Source of the DNA: Octopus bimaculoides
Lineage: Eukaryota
Assembly (NCBI RefSeq): GCF_001194135.2
Contig: NC_068987.1
Span: 77,752,751 to 77,793,894 of the forward strand
Length of the DNA: 41,144 nt
Reading direction: 5' to 3'
Positions 11,830 through 24,705 of the stretch are shown here, piece after piece. A program made the position numbers and the translations under genes. The notes beneath the pieces are model-generated. The model did no database searches and was not told where the DNA came from. It worked only from the letters and a program-made list of their open reading frames with translations. Positions within the stretch are counted from its first letter, which is position 1. Every line of letters starts with the position of its first letter.

Positions 11830-12310
11830 ACACACATACAAATAGACATTTATATACATATGTATATACACAGGAATCAATACATGTACATATATGTAAT
11901 AGACATACGTGTTAAATATATATATATATATATAATATGATATATACACACAACTGCACATATACACGTGTATATATGTATATATACGTACATGTGTAAA
12001 TATGTATGTATATATGTATTTATATATATATGTATATGNNNNNNNNNNNNNNNNNNNNNNNNNNNNNNNNNNNNNNNNNNNNNNNNNNNNNNNNNNNNNN
12101 NNNNNNNNNNNNNNNNNNNNNNNNNNNNNNNNNNNNNNNNNNNNNNNNNNNNNNNNNNNNNNNNNNNNNNNNNNNNNNNNNNNNNNNNNNNNNNNNNNNN
12201 NNNNNNNNNNNNNNNNNNNNNNNNNNNNNNNNNNNNNNNNNNNNNNNNNNNNNNNNNNNNNNNNNNNNNNNNNNNNNNNNNNNNNNCATACACACTCACA
12301 TATACACATT
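11830..12310. repeat. TA/TACA low-complexity tract around gap 12039-12286
   Basis: Seen directly in sequence. Confidence 0.9.
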
Positions 12311-12884
12311 ATTTTAACTTTAAATGAAAGTTTCGTAATTATAGTGATAAAGAAAAAAGAACAGGTAGAGAGTGGAAACATAGACAGAGTGATAGAGACA
12401 TAGAAAGATGAGGTGCAATGAAGAATTTAGTAAAAAAAAAAAAGGATTATATAGACAATAGAATAAGAAACACGAAGAAACTGAGTCGATTTTAGGAGAG
12501 TAGTAATTTAAGATCTTATATACTTTCATTATGGAATAAATGTTATGATAGAGTAAAAGAAGAAAATAAAACTCAAGAAATGCTGGTTGATAGATAGTTA
12601 GATAGATAGATATAAAAATACATAGATAGAGAGATGGATAGATAGAGAGAGAGAAAGGAAGTGTGTGTGAGAGATAGAGGAAAGCAAATGAAAGGGAGAA
12701 AGAAAAGAAATCTAAGAGGGAAGGAGAAAAACGAGACGAGACTGACAAAGAGACGTGATAAACCTTAAAAAAAAAAAACACAGCATTTTAAAAGGAATGA
12801 AATATCGAGACAATGATACAAAAATAAATATAATAATAAGGTGGAATAAAATAAAAGAGAGAATAAAAGAAATGTTCATGCCAT

Positions 12885-13047
12885 TAGAATTACCTTTTCC
12901 AGGATTGATGACAGATTACCAGTGTATTCTGTGTTGATAATATTATCAGAATTATATTTGGGGGAATATAAATATAAAAAAAAAACATGGAGTACAAAAT
13001 CGATAAGAAACATTTACGCATTATTTTCTTTGATATGTTTTTTCGTC
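12885..13047 (+). repeat. Dispersed repeat, inverted partner of 9935-10075
   Basis: Same shared blocks as 9935-10075, in opposite orientation. Confidence 0.85.
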
Positions 13048-13517
13048 TAATCCTCCTATACATACAAATGCTGACTTTACCTGAAGGTTATTTTACGATG
13101 ATGATATATATTCAACATAATGATCATTTTAGTAAAGATCAGTTGTCTTGAAATTATATAAATTTTTGATGCTTTTGTGTTTCTAAAAAGAAAAAAAATA
13201 ATCTTATACACGTAACGAGGGATAACTAATATATTTATTTATTTATTTATTTATTTATTTACTTAACTGATACTTGAATATTTTATTAAGTCGATTCATG
13301 CAAAAAAACCTCTCCAAAATATGAAAAGTAAATAAATGAAAGAAACAAATGGAAAAAATATATCGGTAGCAATAATGTAATAATTATGAAAGCCATATGC
13401 AATTTAACAAAGCACAAACACTAAATACTGCTCAGAGATTTTTAATACTACACACATAAAATGCGTCACATCCACACGAATAGTTATATATATATATAAA
13501 GCTATGCATACATATAT

Positions 13518-13901
13518 GTTGTTGGCACTCCGTCGCTTACGACGTCGAGGATTCCAGTTGATCCGATCAACGGAACAGCCTACTCGTGAAATTAACGTGC
13601 AAGTGGCTGAACACTCCATAGACACGTGTACCCTTAACGTAGTTCTCGGGGATATTCAGCGTGACACAGTGTGACAAGGCTGACCCTTTGAATTACAGGC
13701 ACAACAGAAACAGGAAGTAATAGTGAGAGAAAGTTGTGGTGAAAGAGTACAACAGGGTTCGCCACCATCCCCTGCCGGAGCCTCGTGGAGCTTTAGGTGT
13801 TTTCGCTCAATAAACACTCACAACGCCCGGTCTGGGAATCGAAACCACGATCCTGTGACCGCGAGTCCGCTGCCCTAGCCACTGGGCCATTGCGCCTCCA
13901 C
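13518..13901 (-). mobile_element. SINE family A, full length
   Basis: Runs from the tail gttgttggcactccgtcg to the head ccattgcgcctccac. Confidence 0.96.
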
Positions 13902-14034
13902 GTCTATCTATGTATCTATTATATTTAACCGGAAGAATCTAGTGAGTGATTTAAAGGCCGAGAGTTTTGTTCCTTGGCATTTATGAAATAGTTTTCAAAT
14001 AAGGAGTGATTAATTATGTGTATATATGTATCTC

Positions 14035-14067
14035 TCTCACTATCAATCTCTCTGTCTATCTCCCCCC

Positions 14068-14124
<57 letters not shown>

Positions 14125-14175
14125 TACATACATATATGTATATGTATGTATACACACACACACACACATACACAT
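14035..14175. repeat. Compound (CT)n(TA)n(CA)n microsatellite
   Basis: Seen directly in sequence. Confidence 0.9.
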
Positions 14176-14499
14176 AATCATATTTATCATAAATTATATT
14201 TATCATTTCAGTTGCTCTATATAAATGTAATAACTCTAATTTGAAACCAGCTTAAGTGACAGTATACAAAACCATCGGCCCTTGAACCACAGTCTAACTT
14301 CTGTAGTTTAAATAAAAAAATATAAATACTCATGTTTTCAGTTCCATTTTCCTGTTTGTATCACGAGACACAACACCCATAATCGTTCATCCATTCATAC
14401 ATGTATATACATACTCATATATAAATGCATTCAAGTATGCATATATAAAACTGCAGTCGTCACTGATAATCGAAAATGATTGGTAGCATGTTCCAGACA

Positions 14500-14935
14500 A
14501 AAATTTCATACAAGAATGTGCTAGAAAGCATTTTTAGTAACCAACATTATCTTAAAGAACAGCAATGGGGAAGATAATCGCCCCCACTTTTGCAACCAAA
14601 TGATGAGAGCATTTTTGATCAGTGTTTCTAATCCCATCTACAGGATAATTGGAAATGATTCCTGGATGATTGCCTTGTACTTTGAAAATAAGGAAATCCT
14701 TACAAGATTCCATAAATTAATCAATACCATTCATAAATCGATCCAATTTCCTATGGGAAGAAATGAAATAGAACTTCCTATTCTGGGAATATTGATAATT
14801 TGGGAAAATGGACGATTACAGATGATCTCTACTGTTGATATACGGTCATGTACCAATATTTAGACTTCAGATCCTGCCATCCATCCCTACTAAGAGGAAG
14901 TATCCTCTTTAATATGGTAAACGCGTGCTATAGTT
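14500..14935 (+). pseudogene. Penelope-like reverse transcriptase fragment
   Basis: Frameshifted motifs TAMGKIIAPTFA, FLDDCLVL (14659-14682), FHKLINTIHKSIQF...ELPILGILI, YQYLDFRSCHP. Confidence 0.88.
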
Positions 14936-15367
14936 ACTGACTTAGCCAGACGGAATAGATAGCTAAATAGTGCAGAGAGGGACGGAGAGAGAAAGAGAGA
15001 GAGGGGGAGGGAGAGTGAGTGAGTAAGAAAGTGAGAGGGAGACAACTGGAAAAACTAAAGCTATTTTTCCATCGACAAAATATCCGAAAAAGAAATCAAG
15101 TAATTCTATAAACCAAGGCAAAACATATTCGAATCCTTAATTACTGAATAGGATTTCAGAATGAAGAGGGAAGTACAAACAGGAATATTTTATTTATAAT
15201 CATCATCACTCCCATGTTCTGGTATACAGAAGCGTGTTAGAAATAAACGTACACACACGCACACGCACACGCATGCGCGAGTGCGTCCTGAAAATACTGA
15301 AAGATGTTTTACTGCATATATCCAAGACAAAGTTGTGCTTCGATGTACATTGAAACTCCGCAATATA

Positions 15368-15570
15368 ATCCTTTCTACTATAGGCACAAGGCCTGACATT
15401 TGGGGATCTCATCGACTCCAGTACTCAACTGATATTTATTTTATCGACCCCCCCGCCCACCAAAAGATGAAAGGCAAAATCGAGCACGGTGGGATTTGAA
15501 CATGAAAACGGACGAAATGCCGCTAAGCATTTCTCCCGGCGTGCTAACGATTCTGCCAGCTCTCTGCCTT
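15368..15570 (-). mobile_element. SINE family B
   Basis: Reverse complement of the B consensus, including head and tail. Confidence 0.9.
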
Positions 15571-15599
15571 ATATATAAACCTATTACTATGAATGATGT

Positions 15600-15700
15600 G
15601 AAAGTGCGTGGCTTAATGCTTTGAGTACTCGGCTTATGAAGATCATATCTTGGGTTCAGTTTATAGAGCTTTGTGTTTTTGAGGAATGCTCTTCATTTTC
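15600..15700 (+). mobile_element. Degenerate tRNA-headed SINE fragment
   Basis: gtgcgtggcttaatg...gggttcag looks like decayed A and B boxes. Confidence 0.4.
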
Positions 15701-15879
15701 CGTAACTCCAATCTTCTCTGCTGAAAAGGTACCTTTCTTTCTCCTTCAGTTATGAAATCCTGCACCAGAGGGTGATAAAGTCAAGAGGTCCTCTATATTT
15801 GCTCGCAACTAAATAGTCATCTAAAACAATTAGTAAGAGTATGGTACATGGTAACAAGCTTGAATGTTTCGCGAATGTC

Positions 15880-15995
15880 GTCTGGCCCTAATTCAGTATA
15901 AGATACTTACCCAGCGTATCAACCAGGAAGAGGAAGGGATCGAATCTGGAAACGCGTGGTTGTGAAATGAGTTTCTTACCCACATAACCATGTCT
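15880..15995 (-). mobile_element. Degenerate 5' part of a family C SINE
   Basis: Minus strand gtgggtaagaaactcatttcacaaccacg...ctgggtaagtatctt aligns with the C head and core. Confidence 0.6.
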
Positions 15996-16634
15996 CTAAC
16001 CATTAAATTCACAAAGCATTTAGTAAAGCACTCCACCGTTTGTTCTGTTACTTCATAGTATACCATCAATAATTGTTATTTTTGTTTGTCTGATTGAATA
16101 AGATACACAAGACAAAAGTATTCTTTCGTAGTGAACCATTTTTCAGTGTGAAACCCCGCAGCAAACTGTGCCTGCATTGTGGGTGCGAATCTTTGTGATT
16201 TGGGATTTGAAGCAAGTAGAGTGTAAGGGATTTAGAAAAAGAGATTTTGCTTGTATAGTTATAGCATGGTATCGAATATTTTCATAGAGAACTCCTCGCT
16301 TGTTCGTATTTTCAGAGCTTGCATATGAATAGATTTGTACCAGTGTGAGTGATATATAGGTTATAGAACAAAAGTGATTGTCTTATTTTGGTTTACATGG
16401 AATATTATCAGTCACAATAAGCTGACACACATTTGTATTGAATTTACGGAGTTATTGGTTCATGCATGTCTATTGTCTAGCAACTTGTGAGTGAAATTTG
16501 ATACACGGAAACTGTACAGAAACCCGCTGGATATATACATGCATGGCACACACAGAGACACACAGATAAGCACACATATATATAAAATTACATGCACATA
16601 CACTCGTGCACACACACATAGATGTTCATACTTA

Positions 16635-16860
<226 letters not shown>

Positions 16861-16874
16861 GTCAGATGGCTGAC

Positions 16875-17080
16875 TCAGCGCTTTGAACTAAATTCCTCTG
16901 CTATTTCGTTAGACTTCCTTTACTTTACGTCTGGTCGACCGTTATAAGAAAATAAAATATCAAAAAATTTACTGGAGTCGATCTGTCAGTCTTGACCCTT
17001 TGAAAGTGATGCCCCAGCAAGATCGCAGATCAATAACTGGAAGCAGTAAATGAATAAATGAATAAATGAATAAATAAATA
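16875..17080 (+). mobile_element. Old SINE with B-like core and C-like tail, ending in (TGAATAAA)n
   Basis: ggtcgacc...actggagtcgatctg followed by gtgatgccccagca...gcag. Confidence 0.55.
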
Positions 17081-17369
17081 TTTTTTGTTCACTAAATAGA
17101 AAATTGATGACTTGGATTCTTATTTTTTTCAAATATCTTCTGTTTCATATGTTACTACTTGACTCTCCTAAAAGAAACAGTGGAATTAATATGTATGTTC
17201 TGCTCTGAGTCCCATAACATTTTGAATCAGTGAGGCACTATCATATACGTAATATTATGCAAAATGCACCTCCTAGATTAGCTGGGATACGTTATCAGTG
17301 ATGTAATCAAAAGGTGTCATTTACTTCGAGTCTTTCTGCATTGGGCACTTTCACTTAAGCTATCCAACT

Positions 17370-17960
17370 ATAATTACTCAGGCTCTAACTGGTATCCCAG
17401 GAACATCCGTCAATGGCTCTCTCTTCTTAATTCAAAGCCATTTTGTGGCTCTTTCAGTGGAATCACTCTCATTTTGAACAACAGTATTCATTACCTCTGG
17501 TATAAAACCCAAACGGTCAAGGACTTTGCAGTGTGTGTGTTCTGTAAATTCTCCTTAGTCCAACTTTAGGATCTTATATTATGTACTTCACCTTCAAGCA
17601 CTGATGCGTCTCTGGTTCAGTAAATGTAGATCTCATCGCTCTCAAATGGACGTACACTCTACACTACACACTAACAAAAAATATGCCTCAAACATATTTG
17701 AACTGATAACAAGTTTGTATCTATATTCATCACTGCTTAGCGCTGTCCCTCCGAATAGCACAACCAGTCATTGAACGATGATGGGAATATCATAAGAGGG
17801 ACTTGTCTCTCGTGTCAGTTTGGAGCTTCTGCCTTTCCAGTCTCTGTTGCAGAAGAGGAATGAACACACCGAAATGCATGCATCCCGCAGTCGGGTTAGG
17901 GGTCGCTGGGACTGACTTGATGTATTTGCACCTATTTGTCTAAGGTGAGAAATTTTCTCC
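17370..17960 (-). pseudogene. HERO/NeSL-like restriction-like endonuclease (RLE) fragment, highly decayed
   Basis: Minus-strand motifs in the expected order: RDWK, a degenerate ELTVPFE, PKVGLR (EVGCRGF-like), and KVLDRLGF...SDSTERATKWL*IKKR (AExASxWLWxKR-like). Confidence 0.5.
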
Positions 17961-18901
17961 ATTTCAAAATACAGTGAATAACTTTCTTACAGGTTCAAAT
18001 ATGCCTCAATTATATTTGAAGTGGTAACAAGCTTGTATTTAACAAAATGTATCTCGTCTACTTCGTAGTGTTTATAGCGAAGTGGTGAGGTCTCCCTTTG
18101 TAGCATAATAACTTTACAGTGAAGTGTACTGAGCCAATGAAATCTAAATCTTTTGGTTATTGACACAGCTTCTATGGCATAAAACCATCAGTTGACCTGA
18201 TAGCTTTCAGGAGGGTAAATTATATAGTAGCTCTTACCAGTAGAGTCCTTTTATCGACGGAAGAACCCTGAGATTTGTTTTAAACATCTTAAAGAAACAT
18301 TTTAACTTTCGTTTAGCTCTAGCGAAATTTAAAACATAAATCAGTTTCCTGTATTTTGTTTTGGTTATGGACAAGAGAAAAATACTGCTGACGTAATATG
18401 TTAATGTCGTCTGCCATAAACTGAATACTGATCACATCATGGGGAATATGGAGGCATAATATAAAGAGTATATTTAAATACTTCCCTAAAGCTTCCTAGT
18501 TTATAAGAATGAGTAATGTCTAGTTTTGTGATATTATTAGTAATAGCAATAAAAAGAAATGTCTACTTGAACAGTACACTAGTTAATCGAAGTCAAATCA
18601 GGTTTAACTGCTACCAGGACCACGTAGCGCAATAAAGAATAACACTGAGGATGGTGTGTGAGAACCCAGCAGATTTAAAAAGAAAGCCTTCAAAAGATAG
18701 AAGAGCTTTTAGACGAAAGCTAATGATCAACAATACACAGAAGGGAGGTAATTGCCGTGATCGTCTGCCTATTCACGCATACATTACTATGTACCTATGG
18801 CATCCTGGGGTTACGACTTTTGGACTGGATTTTTACGATGACGTTTACAGTAGGTTTGATATCAAGTTCTGATAATTTATATGAGTAAGGCAAGAATTAG
18901 G

Positions 18902-19030
<129 letters not shown>

Positions 19031-19529
19031 ATCACAAAAATATCTCATTGAACATAGTCTTGGTGTGAAGTTTATTGGATTATTAACTTATAGACGATAA
19101 TCCAGTTTTCTGTCCACGTGGTCACTGCATCTTTACATGCCAATCAAAGAATATATTCCGTATATACAAAGCCTTCTCTTTCCCTGTTTATTTGTTTTGA
19201 GCAAAAGAAATCAGTTTTTTAATCTAGTGTGCAGTAAATATAAACAAACAAACAGAATAGATATTGCTGCCACTTTATTTTCTCTGCTAGCGAAGAGCTT
19301 ACAAAAAATGACGAGGTTTATTCGAGTATGGAAGACAAAAAAAATTTGTATGGAAGATTTGTATTTAAATATAGTAAACTACATAGTAGGCACTGGTCAT
19401 TAAAAGTGAATAGAGAAAAGTATTGGAATACAGAGAATGCTTTAGCATGAACAATGCACGGGGGTATATGTGAAAAAATCGTCTATACTGAAATAGAAGG
19501 GCAAATTACAATAACAAACACACAGAAAC

Positions 19530-19530
19530 A

Positions 19531-19623
<93 letters not shown>

Positions 19624-19675
19624 ACACAGTTACAGTAACACATGCACACACAGACACACACACACACACACAGAG
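19530..19675. repeat. (CA)n microsatellite
   Basis: Seen directly in sequence. Confidence 0.95.
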
Positions 19676-19703
19676 TATAGATTGAAACGATATCTTGGTG
19701 ATA

Positions 19704-19865
19704 GGCGCAGGAGTGGTTGTGTGGTAAGTAGCTTGCTTATTAACCGCATGGTTCCGTGCTCAGTCCTACTGCGTGGCACGTTGGGCAAGTGTCTTCTACT
19801 ATAGCCTCGGACCGATCAAAGCCTTGTGAGTGGATTTGGTAGACGGAAACTGAAAGAAACCCGTC

Positions 19866-19923
<58 letters not shown>

Positions 19924-20135
19924 AGCTTTTGTGTATCTGTGTTTGTCCCCCACCATCGCTTGACAACCAATGCTGGTTTACGTCCCCGTCACTTAGAGGT
20001 TCGGCAAAAGAGACCGATAAAATAAGTACTAGGCTTACAAAGAATAAGTCCTAGGGTCTACTTGTTCGACTAAAAGGCGGTGCTCCCGCATGGGTGAAGT
20101 CAAATGATTGAAACAAGTAAAAGAATACAAGAATA
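19704..20135 (+). mobile_element. SINE family C (CORE-SINE-like), full length with internal (TA)n(TG)n
   Basis: Head ggcgcaggagtggttgtgtggtaag; MIR/CORE-like ttgggcaagtgtcttc; tail caaatgattgaaacaagtaaaag. Confidence 0.93.
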
Positions 20136-20619
20136 TATCATTTTACAGAATAATTTAAAATGCAGAATAGTTTAAAGACAAAATAACTGAATTTCAAGCT
20201 TAACTTTAATTAAAGAACAGTAATAGGACTTGAAAAACTTCTGCCTCAACCAATTTCATGAGTTATGCGCGACGGATCTGCACGATATATATTTATAATG
20301 TCATTTAGTTCTGCCTTCGATGCATCATAATATCAAAAAAATTATAACCAAACAGAATTACAAGTCATATGACTTTTGATGAAATAAACAAAAATTCTAT
20401 AAAGTCTTTTTTGGAACTGTGGATCTGGAAGCACATAAAGATAAAAATAATGGCATGAAACTATTAATTGAAAACCTTTCTGGATTGAAAAAGTCGAAAG
20501 CTTCCGTGGGACACGAACCTATGTCACCAGTAGACATGACAGTTGTTCTATCAAAAAATGGTTATTTCATGTTCTCTTGAAAGTATATAGATTCTTTAGA
20601 CGTCTATGATAGTCATTTA

Positions 20620-21002
20620 GTGGAGGCGCAATGGCCCAGTGGTAAGGGCAGCGGACTTGTGGTCTTAGGATCGCAGTTTCGATTCCCAGACCGGGCGTTG
20701 TGAGTGTTTATTGAGCGAAAACACCTAAAGCTCCAGGAGGTTTCGGCAGGGGGTGGTGGTGAACCCTGCTGTACTCTTTCACCACAACTTTCTCTCACTC
20801 TTACTTCCTGTTTCTGTTGTACCTGTATTTCAAAGGGCCAGCCTTGTCACACTCAGTGTCACGCTGAATATCCCCCGAGAACTACATTAAGGGTACACGT
20901 GTCTGTGGAGTGCTCAGCCACTTGCACGTTAGTTTTACGAGCAGGCTGTTCCGTGATCTGATCAACTGGAACCCTCGTCGTCGTAACCGACGGAGTGCCA
21001 AC
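20620..21002 (+). mobile_element. SINE family A, full length, 15-bp TSD
   Basis: TSD atgatagtcatttag at 20606-20620 and 21003-21017; A-box tggcccagtgg and B-box ggtttcgattccc-like motifs. Confidence 0.97.
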
Positions 21003-22420
21003 ATGATAGTCATTTAGATGGGAAATCGTTTCGAAAGTTATTATTGAGACTCAAAGTATGATTTCAGGGAGATTTGATTTTGTTTATATCACGTCGAGCA
21101 GTCACATTCCATTTGTTGTCCCGTCTTCTATGACAGTTGTTTAGCCCCAGGACAGCTCCAAACAAGCAGGCCTTTGATCAAAATGCTTTTCTGTATTTTC
21201 GAATATGTGAGGAGTTATTAACCAATGAATTCTTAAACTCTTGAGGTGACAAGATGCGATTTGGGAGCTGTTTCTAGCATTTTGCGTAACCTCGCAGAAT
21301 CACCTACGCATACAAAATCATCATGGCTACTATTTGGAAAATGTGTGTTTGACAAGTTGCTTCGGTCAATATATCCCTACACCCTTACCTATCAATAAAC
21401 TCTACTACTGGCAGTTATTTTATCGGCTTACGAGGAACAAACATCCCCGTTCATCTTACTTGATCATATTTTGCTTAGTCACCATGCATTTTAACCTAAA
21501 GGGAGTTTTGGTATTACTAAAGAATTTGACATCTTATCGATTGTAGCAGCATTCGTTACTTATCGTTTGTAGTAACACACGTTTCAACGAGAAGGCGGAG
21601 TTTAATATTCAGTGTCCAGCCGTTATTAATGTTGTTGTGTAACCCCACTTTACTCTGCTGGAATTGACCTATGGCTGAAAGCTAGCTGACAGAAGAACTT
21701 AGTTGTAGTAACCCATAAATACAACAAATCGGTGCGGTACTGAGCTTATGGAGATACATTTTGGGCCATTACGCATAAACTATGTTGTTGGCTCATTAAA
21801 CACCATAGTGATGATGATGATGTTAAAGAGGAGGAAGAAGAAAATGAATGTGAAAGTGAGACAGAAGGAATACACAAAAGGAAAAGCAGCGAAGGGAAAG
21901 AAATCGTAGCAAGAATAGAGAGAGAAGACTGTTGTTGGGTGGAGCTAATATTATCCAGCAATACATCCATGTATTTAGCAAGTAAGAAACTGGTTAGGTT
22001 TGTTGGTTATGTGGAGAATATAATCCTTAGTCGCCCTAAGATACAACGATACAGTTTAAAATGAACGAATTGACCGACTCTGTAGCTAAGGTAATTAGTT
22101 GGTGTTGAGCTTGCAGGGAAAAAGAGAAGGACTGAATATGTCACTTAATAACTAAGGAATTAGTCAGGTGCCCTGGAAACGGACGGTGAGTTATTTAGGT
22201 AGATTAACAACGCTAATGAATAAATAGACTTTTTTTTTTTACCTTGAGGTGGATTTGACTTGACATGATGTGACACTTTGTAATTGCTCCGTTAAACACT
22301 GTAGGATATACACCACAACCCGCCTCGTTTTACTACAGGAATATATAATGTAATAAAAATATAGTTAACACAATGGTGACATGCATTTATGCAACCATCT
22401 AGGAATACATTGACCTTAAG

Positions 22421-22423
<3 letters not shown>

Positions 22424-22480
<57 letters not shown>

Positions 22481-22636
22481 NNNNNNNNNNNNNNNNNNNN
22501 NNNNNNNNNNNNNNNNNNNNNNNNNNNNNNNNNNNNNNNNNNNNNNNNNNNNNNNNNNNNNNNNNNNNNNNNNNNNNNNNNNNNNNNNNNNNNNNNNNNN
22601 NNNNNNNNNNNNNNNNNNNNNNNNNNNNNNNNNNNN

Positions 22637-22672
<36 letters not shown>
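22424..22672. repeat. (CA)n and (TA)n flanking gap 22481-22636
   Basis: Seen directly in sequence. Confidence 0.95.
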
Positions 22673-22676
<4 letters not shown>

Positions 22677-23019
22677 TATATATATGATTGAATGGTCGCG
22701 GAGGTTATATCATAATTTAATGGAAATAGATATTTCGTTGTTCTTATCCATGTCTACGTGCATGGTGTTTAGTTTGTCGTCCACACATCGTTTAAACGAT
22801 TATAAAGCATGGAATAAATAAAATACCAGCTATTGACATTCATATATCCATATTATGACTAAAACGAAATAAATATACGCAACGAAATAATGACACGCAA
22901 CGGCAAACATCCGAGCAGATACTTCTTCATCTAAGTAAGACTGTAAACGAAATATATATTGAAGTAAACCCAAAGAAAGAAATTCTGTATAACTTATGTA
23001 GTGACTTATATCATAGTAT

Positions 23020-23877
23020 TCTTTTCTAATCTAAGCACAAGGCACGAAATTTTGGAGGAGGGAGCTAGTCGATTAGATCGACCCCAGTACGCAACTACTT
23101 CTTAAATTCATCGACCCCGAAAGGATAAAAGGCAAAGTCGACCTCAGCGAAATTTGAACTCAGGGGCTAAACATAGAGGGAACAAACAAGAACAGACAAA
23201 CGGATTAAGTCGATTACATCGACCCCAGTGCGTTACTGGTACTTAATTTATCGACCCCGAAAGGATGAAAGACAAAGTCGACCTCGGGGGAATTTGAACT
23301 CAGAACGTAGCGGCAGACGAAATACCGCTAAGCATTTCGCCCGGCGTGCTAACGAGTCTGCCAGTTCACTNNNNNNNNNNNNNNNNNNNNNNNNNNNNNN
23401 NNNNNNNNNNNNNNNNNNNNNNNNNNNNNNNNNNNNNNNNNNNNNNNNNNNNNNNNNNNNNNNNNNNNNNNNNNNNNNNNNNNNNNNNNNNNNNNNNNNN
23501 NNNNNNNNNNNNNNNNNNNNNNNNNNNNNNNNNNNNNNTCGGCGGAATTTGAACTCAGAACGTAGCGGCAGACGAAATACCGCTAAGCATTTCGCCCGGC
23601 GTGCTAACGAGTCTGCCAGTTCACTACCTTATACCACAGTATTTATTTCTTTATTGCCTACAGGGAAGCTAAACATAGAGGGTACAGATAAGGACAGACA
23701 AAGGGATTAAGTCGATTACATCGACCCCAGTGCGTAACTGGTACTTAATTTATCGACCCCGAAAGGATGAAAGGCAAAGTCGACCTCGGCGGAATTTGAA
23801 ATCAGAACGTAAAGACAGACGAAATACCGCTAAGTATTTCGCCGGCCTGCTAACGTTTCTACCAGCTCGCCGCCTTA
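23020..23877 (-). mobile_element. Nested, multi-module family B SINE cluster with gap 23371-23538
   Basis: Three visible core modules. The second element (about 23637-23872) is flanked by ccttatacca repeats at about 23627 and 23873. Confidence 0.92.
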
Positions 23878-24293
23878 TACCAATGTATTGCAGCTGTTTA
23901 CTGGCCCTAAGTGAACCCACTATTTGATAGATAAGTGTCTTGCGCATGGACAAGAGTGAGTGCCGGTGGTAAGGTATAAACTGTGGAAACGTGAGTAGTG
24001 ACGTATTAAATATTTATTAATTCCATCCTAGAATTATTGTTATCACTATATTTATACTATGTTATATCGGTATAACCATGATGCAATTCCGAAAAACTGA
24101 CTTACTAGTCAGTAACCGGCATTGTTAGGACCATTGCAGGAATGAAAAGCCACATTCGTTCTGTTCATGTTTAAGAGAATCCTCATGCGATTGGCATTAC
24201 CCTCACTGGCATGATCCTCAGCCCGAACTTTAGGCGCATTTGCCGGAAAAGAAGAAAAGTCCACATCATTGGATGCAAGCAAAGTCTCAGTTG

Positions 24294-24295
<2 letters not shown>

Positions 24296-24329
<34 letters not shown>

Positions 24330-24392
24330 GTGTGTACATGTATATATCGATGTACGTATAGCTGCATGTATGTATGTATGTATGTATGTATG

Positions 24393-24449
<57 letters not shown>

Positions 24450-24624
24450 GTCATTCTGTCTGTCTGTTTCTTTTCCTACACTCTTTCTCTACATGTAAAG
24501 TTGTAGAGACCTTTCAGTCAACTGCTTCTATACGGCGAATTAAGACGCGTCCTGTGAAGTTCATGTGTTTCGAGTTAACACGCACACACACATATGTATG
24601 TGTGTGTGTTTGTGCGTGTGTGTT

Positions 24625-24667
<43 letters not shown>

Positions 24668-24705
24668 GCAGACACAAACACACACACACACACATACACA
24701 CACAT
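24296..24705. repeat. (TACA)n/(TATG)n/(TCTA)n and (TG)n(TA)n(CA)n microsatellites
   Basis: Seen directly in sequence. Confidence 0.9.

Noticed and set aside
17851-17944. Plus-strand exon-like segment with ttgcag| acceptor and aag|gtgaga donor
   Set aside because: All three frames are closed and it overlaps the antisense strand of the HERO-like relic; a non-coding exon cannot be supported without RNA data.
20488-20552. tRNA-like 3' half on the minus strand (ggttcgtgtcccacggaagc followed by ttttt)
   Set aside because: No 5' acceptor strand, D-arm or canonical anticodon loop; at most a decayed tRNA or SINE head.
21744-21981. About 77-codon acidic open frame ending at a GTAAGA donor
   Set aside because: Largely GAT/GAG/GAA low complexity, stop just upstream, and no usable acceptor or ATG in frame.
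23289-23625. Identical 82-bp blocks on both sides of gap 23371-23538
   Set aside because: Most likely unmerged overlapping contig ends rather than a real tandem duplication; long reads are needed.
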